Under the pieces are notes generated by a model. That model was not told the origin of the DNA and did not search any database. It was given only the letters and a program-made list of their open reading frames with translations. The position numbers were made by a program, and so were the translations under genes. Positions 1 through 11,543 of a DNA stretch of 64,000 nt are shown in pieces; the stretch's first letter is position 1; the number at the start of each line of letters is the position of its first letter. The stretch is taken from the NCBI GenBank assembly GCA_048940645.1, contig JBHLOI010000002.1, positions 1 to 64,000 of the forward strand, read 5' to 3'. This DNA is from Promethearchaeota archaeon (lineage in GTDB: Archaea; Asgardarchaeota; Lokiarchaeia; Sigyniarchaeales; SOKP01).

Positions 1-1
1 A

Positions 2-88
2 ATAGATGCAGAAATTATCCAAGATATGACCAACCTTAATTTTGAATATTATCAAAAAATTTATGAGATAAAAAAGACTCTAATCTAA
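2..88 (+). CDS. 3' end of a gene running in from the left edge (partial, unknown product)
   Basis: Frame starting at base 2 is open (IDAEIIQDMTNLNFEYYQKIYEIKKTLI) to TAA at 86-88, overlapping the stop of the convergent VOC gene. Confidence 0.4.
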   Translation: MDAEIIQDMTNLNFEYYQKIYEIKKTLI

Positions 89-436
89 AAACATCTGTAC
101 TTCCAAAGTATAACCATTAGGATCGTTAAAGAAAAAGTGATAAATGTTAAACTTAGAATTGATTTTAGGGGGATTAGGAATTTCTATTCCTTTATTGATT
201 AACCTATGGTAAATTTCATCAACATTTTTTACAACGAGGGTTAAAATTGGGCTTTTTCCTTTAAAAATTACCGGCATATATGAACAAAATCCTAATTTTG
301 ATTCCTTTGAGATATGAAAAATCTTACATAAACCTTGATCTTTATATAATTCTAGTCCTAAACCATTTTGGTAGAATTCAGAGGTTTTTTTTATATCAAC
401 TGTCCCTAAAAAGGTTATAAATTCATCAAATTTCAT
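80..436 (-). CDS. VOC/glyoxalase family protein
   Basis: 118 aa; DIKKTSEFYQNGLGL at N-terminus and HFFFNDPNGYTLEV at C-terminus fit the VOC fold. Confidence 0.85.
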   Translation of the reverse strand: MKFDEFITFLGTVDIKKTSEFYQNGLGLELYKDQGLCKIFHISKESKLGFCSYMPVIFKGKSPILTLVVKNVDEIYHRLINKGIEIPNPPKINSKFNIYHFFFNDPNGYTLEVQMFLD

Positions 437-591
437 TTCTTACAACTTGTACAATTTTTTATAATTTTAAAGTATGAAAAATTATCAAGATATGACGTTA
501 TTTATGTTTAAGCCGATAATAAAGAAAAACTTTTTTAGAAACAAATAATAAACTAATTTAAATAATTTTATCAGAATCATAAACTATTAAA

Positions 592-930
592 ATGGTAGAT
601 TTTTGTCCTGACTGTTCAAGTCTTTTAAGAAAGAATAATAGAGACGGTATAATTTATCTAATTTGTAAATGCGGATATCAAAAGAAAGTAGAACCTAACG
701 AGAGTGTTATCAAACAAACGGTCACAAAAAAGAAGAAAGCCCTAGAAAAAAATTTACTAATTATATCTGAAGAAGATAAAATTTCCATACATCCTAAAGT
801 AAGTAAAATTTGTCCTAAATGTGGATATACGGAAGCTGAGGCTTGGCAAAGGCAAATGAGAAGTGCTGATGAGCCAAGTACATCTTTTTTTAAATGTGTT
901 AAATGTAAATATACCTGGAGAGAAAATTAA
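592..930 (+). CDS. tfs: Transcription factor S (TFS / RpoM-like)
   Basis: N-terminal FCPDC..CKCG ribbon; C-terminal CPKC...QMRSADEP...CVKC..TWRE with the acidic DE pair. Confidence 0.95.
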   Translation: MVDFCPDCSSLLRKNNRDGIIYLICKCGYQKKVEPNESVIKQTVTKKKKALEKNLLIISEEDKISIHPKVSKICPKCGYTEAEAWQRQMRSADEPSTSFFKCVKCKYTWREN

Positions 931-1195
931 TTCCCTATTTTTAAGTAAATGTATTATCTAGCTCTATATTAAAATTCGTAAAAGAGTGGTTTCACGAAAA
1001 AATTTCTTAAAAAAAAAAAGATTATTCAACTCAATTCAATTTTGAATCATCTTTCTTTCTATTCAGATTTAAATATAAAAAAGTCATTCCTAAAAATAAT
1101 ATTATATTAGCAATAATTCCTAAATTATCGTTAATGAAAACTAATAATAAATTATATACTTATACTATTAGCAATTAAATAAGAGGGAATTAATT

Positions 1196-1402
1196 TTAAG
1201 AAAGAACTTCTAAAATTTTAGTAAGAATTCTAGCTTTACCGCCTGTAGATTGTAATAAGGTTTTTCCGCAAACCAAACATTCTACATCTGTGGCAGCACA
1301 TCCAAAGATTATTTGCTGATTACCACAATTTAAACATTTAACTCGTAAAAACCTGCTCTTTGGTTGTGGAATCAATTGTTTTGGTCTACTTTTTCTTGGC
1401 AT
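1196..1402 (-). CDS. rps27e: 30S ribosomal protein S27e
   Basis: [20 protein letters not shown]...CLVCG..L...TGGKA. Confidence 0.97.
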   Translation of the reverse strand: MPRKSRPKQLIPQPKSRFLRVKCLNCGNQQIIFGCAATDVECLVCGKTLLQSTGGKARILTKILEVLS

Positions 1403-1415
1403 TTAAAAACACTTT

Positions 1416-1697
1416 TTATACTTCCTGTAATTCTAATCTTTTTACACGATAAGATTTTGCGTATTGTTTCTTCCCACACGCACTACATTCTAACAATGGA
1501 GTGGTTCTTTTATTGATTTTTGCATTTTTATGGAAAATCTCTTTTGGAAAGGAACCATATCCTTTTTTCTTCCTTTCTAATCTCCTTCTTCCTTGATTCA
1601 ACATGCGTTCTTTTCCCTTTTTATATGTTGATACATTATGTTTCGTATGTTCACGACAATTTTTGCAATACCTTTGTACAGTTCGAGGATATTTCAT
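1416..1697 (-). CDS. rpl44e: 50S ribosomal protein L44e
   Basis: YCKNCREHTKH, GYGSFPK, LECSACGK; canonical L44e-S27e pair. Confidence 0.96.
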   Translation of the reverse strand: MKYPRTVQRYCKNCREHTKHNVSTYKKGKERMLNQGRRRLERKKKGYGSFPKEIFHKNAKINKRTTPLLECSACGKKQYAKSYRVKRLELQEV

Positions 1698-1857
1698 CTG
1701 TTTTGACCTTTATCGTTTAGAATAACATAAATAATTATTTATAAATTTTAAATTTTATTAGTTCTGATTAATTTCTTAATGAATTGAGTATTGTTTAATA
1801 AAAAAGAATTTATATTTTTCATTCATAATTTTAATAAAACTTTTATTAGGTATTTGT

Positions 1858-2778
1858 ATGTTTAAAGAGAAATTTCATGAAGGTATAATAAGTGCTAGAG
1901 ATTTTACTCGCGAAGATATTGAATACATCTTAAATAAGGCTAGAAAGATGATTCAAAATGACAAAAACTCAGATCTCCTTAAAGGAAAGATTCTAGCTAC
2001 TTTATTTTTTGAACCCTCTACACGAACTCGTTTAAGTTTTGAATCTGCAATGTATAGATTAGGAGGGCAGGTAATAGGTTTTTCTTCAGCAAAAGTTTCA
2101 TCAATAAAAAAAGGAGAAAGTATTGCTGATACAATTCGAACAGTAGAAAATTATAGTGATTGCATTGTTATTAGACATCCCTTAGAAGGAGCAGCAAAAT
2201 TGGCGGCAAAATTTGCAAAAATTCCGATTATCAATGCGGGATCTGGTAGCGGTGAACATCCTACTCAAGCTTTGTTAGATTTGTTAACTATAACCGAGGA
2301 AGGTAAAAAATTGGATGGCTTAAATTTAGGAATCATGGGAGATTTGAAATATGGAAGAACTGTACACTCTTTAGCTATTTTACTCTCAAATTATGACGTT
2401 AATATTTATTTCATAAGTCCTAAAGAATTAATGCTTAGAAATAGAGATAAAGAAATCCTAAGGCAAAGACAGGTTAAATATAAAGAAGTAGAGAAATATC
2501 GAGAGATTTTAGATGTTTTAGATGTATTATATGTAACAAGAATTCAAAAAGAGAGATTTGCTGACGTAGAAGAGTACGATCGTGTCAAAAGTTTCTATAT
2601 TTTTACAAATGAAGATCTTAAAGTTACCAAGGACAATTTCAAAATTATGCATCCATTACCAAGAGTATCAGAGATCTCTGCTGAAATAGATAGCTCGAGT
2701 AAAGCAATTTACTTTAAACAAACTTATTATGGAATACCCTTGAGAAAGGCTATTTTAGCTGAGCTCTTATCATTTTAA
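1858..2778 (+). CDS. pyrB: Aspartate carbamoyltransferase catalytic subunit
   Basis: FFEPSTRTRLSFE, HPTQALLD, GDLKYGRTVHSL, RIQKER, MHPLPR. Confidence 0.98.
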   Translation: MFKEKFHEGIISARDFTREDIEYILNKARKMIQNDKNSDLLKGKILATLFFEPSTRTRLSFESAMYRLGGQVIGFSSAKVSSIKKGESIADTIRTVENYSDCIVIRHPLEGAAKLAAKFAKIPIINAGSGSGEHPTQALLDLLTITEEGKKLDGLNLGIMGDLKYGRTVHSLAILLSNYDVNIYFISPKELMLRNRDKEILRQRQVKYKEVEKYREILDVLDVLYVTRIQKERFADVEEYDRVKSFYIFTNEDLKVTKDNFKIMHPLPRVSEISAEIDSSSKAIYFKQTYYGIPLRKAILAELLSF

Positions 2779-2784
2779 AAAGAA

Positions 2785-4722
2785 TTATTCAAGATTAAAT
2801 GCCGTTAATTTTGATTTAGAAAAATAATCAATTATATTTCTTATTGAAGATGTGTTTTCATGCATATGGTAACTAAAAATTGCTCCCCCATTAAGAATTC
2901 TTTCAAATTTCTTAAAGATTGAAATCTGTCTTTCAATTGGTAAATTTGATTCTTTTCTTATAATATTCATCGAGTAACCTTTAAATTTTTCCCCTTGAGG
3001 GACAACTATATTGTTCCATGATGTATTTAAATAGTCACCGCTATGAGGTTGACTTAAAATGTAATTCTCATCCTCATCTTGAGCTTTTTCTTTAATTATT
3101 TTTTTTATCAGAGAGATGATTCTTAAAGCAAATTTTTGACTAGTATCAATTCGATCAATTTCAATTCCACAGTGAATTTTAATAGCTTCATTTAGACCAA
3201 AAAATGATATAGATTTTAAAGAATTCTTCAGCCAATTGGATCTGTTCTCATTAAAAAAATTGCTTACTATTTCATTCCATTCATTTAATGATTTCAATTT
3301 CTTATGAATTAATTTATTTTTAATTTTATAAATTTCAAATAATTGCCCCAATCTCTCTTTAATAATTTCAAGAAATTTATCATCATTTTGACTACTCTGT
3401 AAAGCTATTGAATGTAAATTAATTAAAATTTTATCTAATATTATTTTATTTTTTGTAATATCACATTTATGATTTGATTTTATGTTTATGATTGAGGAAT
3501 TTAATAAGTTTGAGTTTTTATTATAAAAAATAAAGTATTTTTTTAGTTTTGGAATAATGTGATCGTATAAAAAATCAAATTTAGCTCCATTTAAATTTGT
3601 ATAATCTAACAATACTAAAGGAAATTGATATTGGAGCCGTGAATTTATACTTGAGCTTAAATTTATGAAAAATTGATGATCTAAATGGTTAACAAGTTCA
3701 CTAGAAAATTCTAATGTAAAAGGACATCCTGATTTTAACATCTGATTAAATAATAAGCTAAATAAATTAATTTTTTCATCTTTAATATCAAGAATAGGGA
3801 GAAAACACCCATTAAAGCCACCAAGTAGAATATCATTTGAAAAGTAAGGTTTAAATTGAGAAATTACATCAAAGAACTTTAAGATTAACCTTAAGCAATC
3901 AGATATTTTGGTTATATTATTGTATTCAATCTTATAGATTTTTTGAAGAAATTGTAATATTGACTCTGTGGTTATATAAAAACCCAATGGTCTCAAACTC
4001 CAGTAGCTCAAATTTATAAGTGCCAATTCTCCAGATAAATACAAATCAGCTAAATCATTTGGAAGAAGATTCAATAGAAGAAATTGTTCAGAAACATCAT
4101 ATCCCAATCTTTTTATAAATTGTTCTGGATTAACGAGATTATCTTCAAATAGTTTAAAAGCTTCATATGGAGGTGTTCCTAATCGAGTGAGTTTATGTCT
4201 TACTTTTTCCAAACCATTTTCCAATAATACAGCATTAATATATTCTCTCATTAAAGGAGCTGTAAAATATTCAATATTAGTTTTGGAAAGGCGCTCTTCA
4301 ACTTCTTGTGCGATTTGTTTTGCCTGAAAAACATCCATTTCTCCTTCTTTAATCAGGTATTCTTGAATTTTATTGATGTTAAATGGTTCTTTTGAGTACT
4401 TAGATGTTCTGATCATTATTGTCTTATTTTGAGCGTTAATAATCTGTTCCATTGATATGATATTTTTTAGAATTTTTTTCGCAAGGATTGTGATTTGATA
4501 ACCATCTCCTAAGGATTCAATTAGTTTACTTTCCTTAAGAGTTTTCAAATGAAACGATAGGTTTATTTTAGTTCTATTTATATTAGAGATTTCCTTTTGA
4601 AGTATTGAATAAGGTAAAGGAACTAAAGAATTATTCAATTTCTTTAAGATATCAATCCTTATTTTCTGACCTAATATCCGTAAATGCTTTTCTAGCAACA
4701 CAGGATTTTTGTCGACTCCCAA
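2785..4722 (-). CDS. ArsR-type wHTH + ATP-cone + degenerate class III (NrdD-like) ribonucleotide reductase barrel; probably catalytically inactive
   Basis: N-terminal RIDILKKL...NLSFHLKTLKESKLI (wHTH); IRTSKYSKEPFNINKI...TAPLMREYINAVLLENG (ATP cone); TRLGTP, ADLYLSGEL, SISFFGLNEA, LNGG (NrdD-like); no C-terminal Zn ribbon or RxxGY glycyl loop; TTG start. Confidence 0.75.
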   Translation of the reverse strand: MGVDKNPVLLEKHLRILGQKIRIDILKKLNNSLVPLPYSILQKEISNINRTKINLSFHLKTLKESKLIESLGDGYQITILAKKILKNIISMEQIINAQNKTIMIRTSKYSKEPFNINKIQEYLIKEGEMDVFQAKQIAQEVEERLSKTNIEYFTAPLMREYINAVLLENGLEKVRHKLTRLGTPPYEAFKLFEDNLVNPEQFIKRLGYDVSEQFLLLNLLPNDLADLYLSGELALINLSYWSLRPLGFYITTESILQFLQKIYKIEYNNITKISDCLRLILKFFDVISQFKPYFSNDILLGGFNGCFLPILDIKDEKINLFSLLFNQMLKSGCPFTLEFSSELVNHLDHQFFINLSSSINSRLQYQFPLVLLDYTNLNGAKFDFLYDHIIPKLKKYFIFYNKNSNLLNSSIINIKSNHKCDITKNKIILDKILINLHSIALQSSQNDDKFLEIIKERLGQLFEIYKIKNKLIHKKLKSLNEWNEIVSNFFNENRSNWLKNSLKSISFFGLNEAIKIHCGIEIDRIDTSQKFALRIISLIKKIIKEKAQDEDENYILSQPHSGDYLNTSWNNIVVPQGEKFKGYSMNIIRKESNLPIERQISIFKKFERILNGGAIFSYHMHENTSSIRNIIDYFSKSKLTAFNLE

Positions 4723-4955
4723 TTTATTATTAATATCATTTTATTTCTTTCAATTTCGTTAACCAAATTATGATTTTATCGATATATAAAAATTTAGGAA
4801 TATTTTTACTCTGGAATCTATTCCGATAATATGTAGGTGATATTTAACAAAATTTTTTGATTAAAAAAAAGAACACCAATAAAAAAGACATATTAACTTT
4901 AGAAGAAATAATTTAATATTTAGAATAAGTTAATTATTAAAAGTATCATACTATT

Positions 4956-5573
4956 TTATCTTGCAGAAACTGCTATTCTTTCAATCTCATCTTTCCTTTT
5001 CACAGCCCTCGAATCTTGACTATTATCTGCTGCTAAAATTAATTCTTGAGCTATATTTTCTTCGAATTGTCTCACATTTGAATGAGATCGTGAACCTATT
5101 GCTTGAACTAAATATTTTATTGCTAAATCAACTCGACGCTGAGGTGAAATATCTACTGCTGAAGCATAACTTATCCCTCCTAGCGCTATCCTCGTCGTTT
5201 CCTCTCTTGGAGAAGTATTGCAAATTGAATCAACTAAAACTTGAACAGGATTATTACCAGTATTTAATTCAATTAACGTAAATGCATTTTTAATACTTGT
5301 TAGTAATTTACTTTTTTTTCCAGAACTATAAGAACTTTTATGTCCCTTTATTTTACTTCCAATAAATCCAGGTGCTAATAATCTGTTAACAAACCGTTCA
5401 ACAATAGAAACTTTAGATGTTTTCCAAAACCTCTTGTGTTCATGTTTACCTGCTGAATGAGGTATTATCACAGGTTTTAAATTAATATAACGCTCTAATG
5501 TCCAATCCTTGATTTCAACATCTTTATATGACCATTTGTTAAATAGTTTAATATCATTCTTAGCTTTACTCAT
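4956..5573 (-). CDS. rps7: 30S ribosomal protein S7
   Basis: KLFNKWS, SIVERFVN, PREETTRI, AVDISPQRRVD, KDEIERIAVSAR. Confidence 0.98.
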   Translation of the reverse strand: MSKAKNDIKLFNKWSYKDVEIKDWTLERYINLKPVIIPHSAGKHEHKRFWKTSKVSIVERFVNRLLAPGFIGSKIKGHKSSYSSGKKSKLLTSIKNAFTLIELNTGNNPVQVLVDSICNTSPREETTRIALGGISYASAVDISPQRRVDLAIKYLVQAIGSRSHSNVRQFEENIAQELILAADNSQDSRAVKRKDEIERIAVSAR

Positions 5574-5588
5574 AGCTTTTTTACCTCT

Positions 5589-6023
5589 TTAACGCATTGG
5601 CTTTTCCTTAATCCCTTTAATAAGTGCCTCCAAGGAAACTCCATTTACTTTGACTACTTTGTATCGAACCCCTGGAAGATCACCGACGGAGCGTCCTTTT
5701 GCTCCACCAATTCCTTCAAGAGTGACTCTATCATGCTCTTCAATAAAGTTGAGAGCTCCATCTCCCGGGAGAAATGCTGTTACTCCTTTTCCATTTTTTT
5801 TTAATTGTACACGTACACATTTCCGAATAGCAGAGTTAGGTTGCTTGCTTTCTCGTCCAACTTTTTGTAATACGATGCCAATTGCTTGAGGAGCTCCTTC
5901 GAGTGGGTCAACTTTTTTCTTTAATTTTAATTTTTTGCGTTTATATTTTGTTTTAGACCATCGAAGTTTTTTCCGGTTTACTCTTAGTTTCCTTCCAGCG
6001 TATAGTCCTTTCGGTTTACTCAT
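5589..6023 (-). CDS. rps12: 30S ribosomal protein S12
   Basis: [28 protein letters not shown]. Confidence 0.98.
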   Translation of the reverse strand: MSKPKGLYAGRKLRVNRKKLRWSKTKYKRKKLKLKKKVDPLEGAPQAIGIVLQKVGRESKQPNSAIRKCVRVQLKKNGKGVTAFLPGDGALNFIEEHDRVTLEGIGGAKGRSVGDLPGVRYKVVKVNGVSLEALIKGIKEKPMR

Positions 6024-6124
6024 ACAAATCCTTTTATGTTTTAACTATTAAAATAATTTTAATTATAATAGTAACAAGAATACCGCTTTAAACTTAAAAT
6101 TTTTGAATTAGGAATAGTTAAGTT

Positions 6125-6598
6125 TTAATTTTTAGTGTTGATTATCACATTATCTACTTCGAAATGGCGTAGAACAAGCATTTTTATTTTTCTTATCATT
6201 GAACCCTCTTTACCTATAGCTTTTCCTCGATCTTGAGGGCGTACTGAGATGATAACGGTTTTCTTTTGATTCTTATTTTCTCTAATTTCAATATTTTGAA
6301 CTTTAATAGAGTTTTTCGAAGTATTTAATATAAATTGGATGAATTCTTCAAGTTTATCAGACCATGGTATTACATCGATTTTTTTTTGTAATTTAGCCAT
6401 TAAGTCTTTTACATGTTCTCCAGCTTTACCAATTGCTTTTCCGACATCTTCTTTTTTTACTAAAAAAATAACAACATCAGCATTATTTTCGGGAGATTGA
6501 AATATTAAACAGTCCTTGATGATAGCACCTGTAATATTATTAAAGAGAGAAATGAGTTCCATTGCCTTTCTATCAATTCTAATGTTTCTTCTTATCAT
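6125..6598 (-). CDS. nusA: Archaeal NusA (two KH domains)
   Basis: GKAIGKAG and GKAIGKEG KH motifs; position between L30e and S12. Confidence 0.95.
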   Translation of the reverse strand: MIRRNIRIDRKAMELISLFNNITGAIIKDCLIFQSPENNADVVIFLVKKEDVGKAIGKAGEHVKDLMAKLQKKIDVIPWSDKLEEFIQFILNTSKNSIKVQNIEIRENKNQKKTVIISVRPQDRGKAIGKEGSMIRKIKMLVLRHFEVDNVIINTKN

Positions 6599-6621
6599 TT
6601 TTAGGGAACCCAGTTAGTAAA

Positions 6622-6996
6622 TTAATTTGCTTTGGCTTTTAGAGACATTAAGTCAGAATCTCCAAAATCATTTATTCCAATTACTGAAACCATGTAAGGT
6701 TTACCCATTGCGAGGCCTAATTCCCAAGAAGACCCCTTATATCTATGAATAAAAACCGGTTCCTTCATTAAGGAAATATAATAACGCAATTGATTTTCAA
6801 ATTCCTTCGAGCAGTTATTGCTAATTAATAACATCTTGAAAGTACTTTGTCGCACTTGTTTTAGAACTTGTTCTTTCCCATAAATAATTTTCCCAGTTTT
6901 ATATACAACTTTTATATTTGTATCAATATCAAATTCCTTTACTTTTTTACGGGATAAATCAATGGTTTCGCTGACCTTTTTGCTTTTCTTTGCCAT
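6622..6996 (-). CDS. rpl30e: 50S ribosomal protein L30e
   Basis: KTGKIIYG, YKGSSWELGLAMGKPY, GDSDL; conserved synteny. Confidence 0.95.
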   Translation of the reverse strand: MAKKSKKVSETIDLSRKKVKEFDIDTNIKVVYKTGKIIYGKEQVLKQVRQSTFKMLLISNNCSKEFENQLRYYISLMKEPVFIHRYKGSSWELGLAMGKPYMVSVIGINDFGDSDLMSLKAKAN

Positions 6997-7132
6997 AGTC
7001 TTATAAAAAATTATCCTTCTGATAAATCAATAATTATGTAACAAATTAAATTCATAATAATTTAAAATTTTAACGCTATTTTCTAAAGTCTTATTATACT
7101 TCAAAATCAGAATATATTATATCATAAAAAAA

Positions 7133-8344
<1,212 letters not shown>

Positions 8345-8361
8345 TTATTACCTCTCTTATA

Positions 8362-11292
8362 TTACCCCATTTTTTCTTTTTTCCAATCTAAATAACCTTT
8401 TGTAATTTTTCCTCTCCAAATAGCGTTTTTTCCGGTTTCCTCTTCATATATTTTCATCAATGAATCTTCATCTATTGCCTCTTCTTTTATTTTAGTCTCT
8501 TTTTTTCCCTTAGCAGGTTTCTTTTTTACTTTTTCCTCTTTTACCACTTGCTTTTTCGTTTCTTTTGGTAACTTTTTCAATTCTTCTCTGATTTCATCAA
8601 CATGTAGAGATTTTGCTTTAAGTAAAAGAACATCTAAATTAACAGCAGCACCATGATCTGTCATTTGTGGATTAACTGAATCATCGCCAAAATTAAATTG
8701 AATGATATTTTTATCTGAATTTCGAACAGTCCCATCATTTTCAATAACCATATCTTGTAATGCATTTACAAGTCTACGTTGCATATATCCAGATGTACTA
8801 GTACGGACTGCGGTATCTACTAATCCCTCTCTACCCCCCATCGCATGAAAGAAAAATTCTTCTGGATTTAATCCGTTTCGGTATGAAGATTCTACAAACC
8901 CTCGCGATTTGGGGCTGAGATCATTTATTTTAAAATGAGGAAGGGTTCTACTACTATATCCTCGATTTATTCTTTCACCTCTTATCGCTTGTTGTCCTAC
9001 TACAGCGGACATTTGTCCAAGATTTAATATGTTTCCTCTAGCTCCTGATTTGGTCATTATAACAGAATGAGCTTCATCACCGATATAATGAGCTGCAGTC
9101 TCTTCAGCTTTCTTACGGGCTTCGGCTAATACCTGCCTTATTCTTAATTCTAAAGTTTCTCTCATTGAACGACCTGGAGCTCTCTTTAAGATCTTTGTAT
9201 CATCATCGTAAAATGCCTTAATTAATTTTTCTGATTCTTCATTAGCTTCTTCTAAGATTTTCCTAATTGCTTCATAATCACTTCCCTTTACATATACCTC
9301 ATCTAAACCCATAGTAATTCCGTTTTGACGTATAACGTACAAAAGCATCCTTGTTGCATTGTCTAAAAATTCGCGACCTCTAGCATTTCCATGGTCTTTA
9401 ATGATTCTTTGCAAAATACTATTTGATTGCATTGCTCCAAATGAATTCTCATCAATTGTGCCAGTAATTAATTCACCATTTTTAATCACTACATAGGCAT
9501 CATATTGACAATTTTGTTCCTCACAAACTTCACATTTCTTACAAAACTTAGATTTTATTCTGATGTTTAAATCATCTGGGAGTAATGTGCTAAAAATTTG
9601 TTTTCCAGAATAAATAGGTTCAGGCTCACTTATTACTGGCTTAAGATCATCCAATGAAAAATCAGGATTAGAATCAAAAATTTCACCTAAAAATAATAAT
9701 TTTAAAGTATCTTTTTTATTATAAAGAGAATCTTTACTTGTGAATTGAAAAACTGAAGAGATAAAATCTTGGATTCCTCCTAAAATGGGTCCTCCAAATC
9801 TAGGAGAAAGAATATGTTCTTGTACCTTTAACAATAATTCTGCCTCAGTACGAGCTTCTTCACTCTGAGGTACATGAAGATTCATTTCATCTCCATCAAA
9901 ATCAGCATTGTAGGGAGGACATACTGTTAAATTAAGCCTGAAAGTTTTTCCATCCATAATCTTGACTTCATGAGCCATAATTGACATTCTATGAAGGGAT
10001 GGTTGCCGATTAAATAAAACTAAATCACCTCTATTTAAATGGCGCTCAACTGTATAACCAGGAGCTAATAGATCTGCAATCATCTTTCTATTTTTCACAT
10101 AACGCAAATCAATTCTTCTACGATCGTTTCGAATGATATAGTTTGCTCCTGGATGTATATGTGGTCCATTTAAAACTAATTGTTTCATTTCTTCGATATT
10201 CCAATCATTTACATTAGTAGGTATTGTGAGTATCTTTGCAACATCCTGTGGTACACCAACTTCATTAATACTAATATAGGGATTTGGAGAAATAACACTT
10301 CGAGCAGAAAAGTCAACTCTTTTTCCACTTAAATTGCTTCTGAATCTCCCCTCTTTTCCTTTAAGTCTTTGAGTGAGAGTTCTAAGTGCTCTACCGGAAC
10401 GATGTCTAGCAGGAGGGATTCCCGAAACTTGATTATCAAAATATGTAGTAATATGATATTGTAATAATTCCCATAAATCTTCAACAATTAGATGAGGAGC
10501 TCCAGCGTCAATATTTTCTCTTAACCGTTGGTTAATTCGAATAACATCAACCAATTTATGGGTTAAATCATCTTCGGAACGAATACCACTATCCAGAGTA
10601 ATTGAGGGTCTCGCACATACAGGAGGAATAGGCAATACAGTGAAAATTACCCATTCAAGTCTAGCATTCTCAGGAGAAATTCCTAAAATCCGGAGATCAT
10701 TATCATTCATCTTTTTAAGGCGCTCTAATATTTCAATTGGAGTTAATCTCCGTGATCCTTTAGCTTCTTCTTCTTCATAAAAGGTAGTAGGTTTTTCAAT
10801 AATTATTTTCTTTTTCTTTGCTCCACAATAAGGACAAAGTTTAGCCTTCCGTGCTCGTTTAAATACCAATCTGGCAATTTCTTCATCCCCTTCAAAAAAC
10901 ATTTTGCGATGCTTAACTTGATCTTTTCGAAACCCTTCTTTTTCTTCATCTGTTAACATCAATCGAGAACACTCAGGACAAATAGATCTTAATACTTTTA
11001 ATACTTTTTTCGCATATCCTACATGGATTACAGGTCTAGCTAGCTCAATATGACCAAAATGTCCCATACAATTACTAACTAAATTACCACAGGTTTGGCA
11101 TCTCTGTCCTGGTTCTATGGTACCTAATCGCTGATCCATCAATCCAGATGGTATTGGTAATCCATCTTCATCATAAGTATCAGCGGTTATAATACGTGCA
11201 GCTGACATTTTACGAATCTCATCTGGAGATAATAGTCCAAACTTTATTTTTTCGATCATTTTCGTTCTTGAAAAACTATAGCTCATATGCAA
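8362..11292 (-). CDS. rpoA1: DNA-directed RNA polymerase subunit A' (Rpo1N) with a C-terminal extension; start may be the ATG at 11286
   Basis: Catalytic YNADFDGDEMN, CMGHFGHIELA, GKRVDFSAR, GGREGLVDTAVRT. Confidence 0.99.
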   Translation of the reverse strand: MHMSYSFSRTKMIEKIKFGLLSPDEIRKMSAARIITADTYDEDGLPIPSGLMDQRLGTIEPGQRCQTCGNLVSNCMGHFGHIELARPVIHVGYAKKVLKVLRSICPECSRLMLTDEEKEGFRKDQVKHRKMFFEGDEEIARLVFKRARKAKLCPYCGAKKKKIIIEKPTTFYEEEEAKGSRRLTPIEILERLKKMNDNDLRILGISPENARLEWVIFTVLPIPPVCARPSITLDSGIRSEDDLTHKLVDVIRINQRLRENIDAGAPHLIVEDLWELLQYHITTYFDNQVSGIPPARHRSGRALRTLTQRLKGKEGRFRSNLSGKRVDFSARSVISPNPYISINEVGVPQDVAKILTIPTNVNDWNIEEMKQLVLNGPHIHPGANYIIRNDRRRIDLRYVKNRKMIADLLAPGYTVERHLNRGDLVLFNRQPSLHRMSIMAHEVKIMDGKTFRLNLTVCPPYNADFDGDEMNLHVPQSEEARTEAELLLKVQEHILSPRFGGPILGGIQDFISSVFQFTSKDSLYNKKDTLKLLFLGEIFDSNPDFSLDDLKPVISEPEPIYSGKQIFSTLLPDDLNIRIKSKFCKKCEVCEEQNCQYDAYVVIKNGELITGTIDENSFGAMQSNSILQRIIKDHGNARGREFLDNATRMLLYVIRQNGITMGLDEVYVKGSDYEAIRKILEEANEESEKLIKAFYDDDTKILKRAPGRSMRETLELRIRQVLAEARKKAEETAAHYIGDEAHSVIMTKSGARGNILNLGQMSAVVGQQAIRGERINRGYSSRTLPHFKINDLSPKSRGFVESSYRNGLNPEEFFFHAMGGREGLVDTAVRTSTSGYMQRRLVNALQDMVIENDGTVRNSDKNIIQFNFGDDSVNPQMTDHGAAVNLDVLLLKAKSLHVDEIREELKKLPKETKKQVVKEEKVKKKPAKGKKETKIKEEAIDEDSLMKIYEEETGKNAIWRGKITKGYLDWKKEKMG

Positions 11293-11543
11293 GTAACCTC
11301 ATAATTTTAAATTTTAATATTAAATTGAATTATTCTTGTTCGAGAAAAAGTAAATATCATAGAAGATAACATCCTCTTATAATTTTAGTTAATTTATTTC
11401 TTAAGAAATAGTTTAATGAACCCAGCACTGTAAATAAAATAAGCATGCAAATATTAAAAATTTTACGATTTAGACATAATTTTAATACTTTCTTAGTTTT
11501 TTTTAAAAGAATTTAATTTTTTGTTATATTTAATTAATTAATA

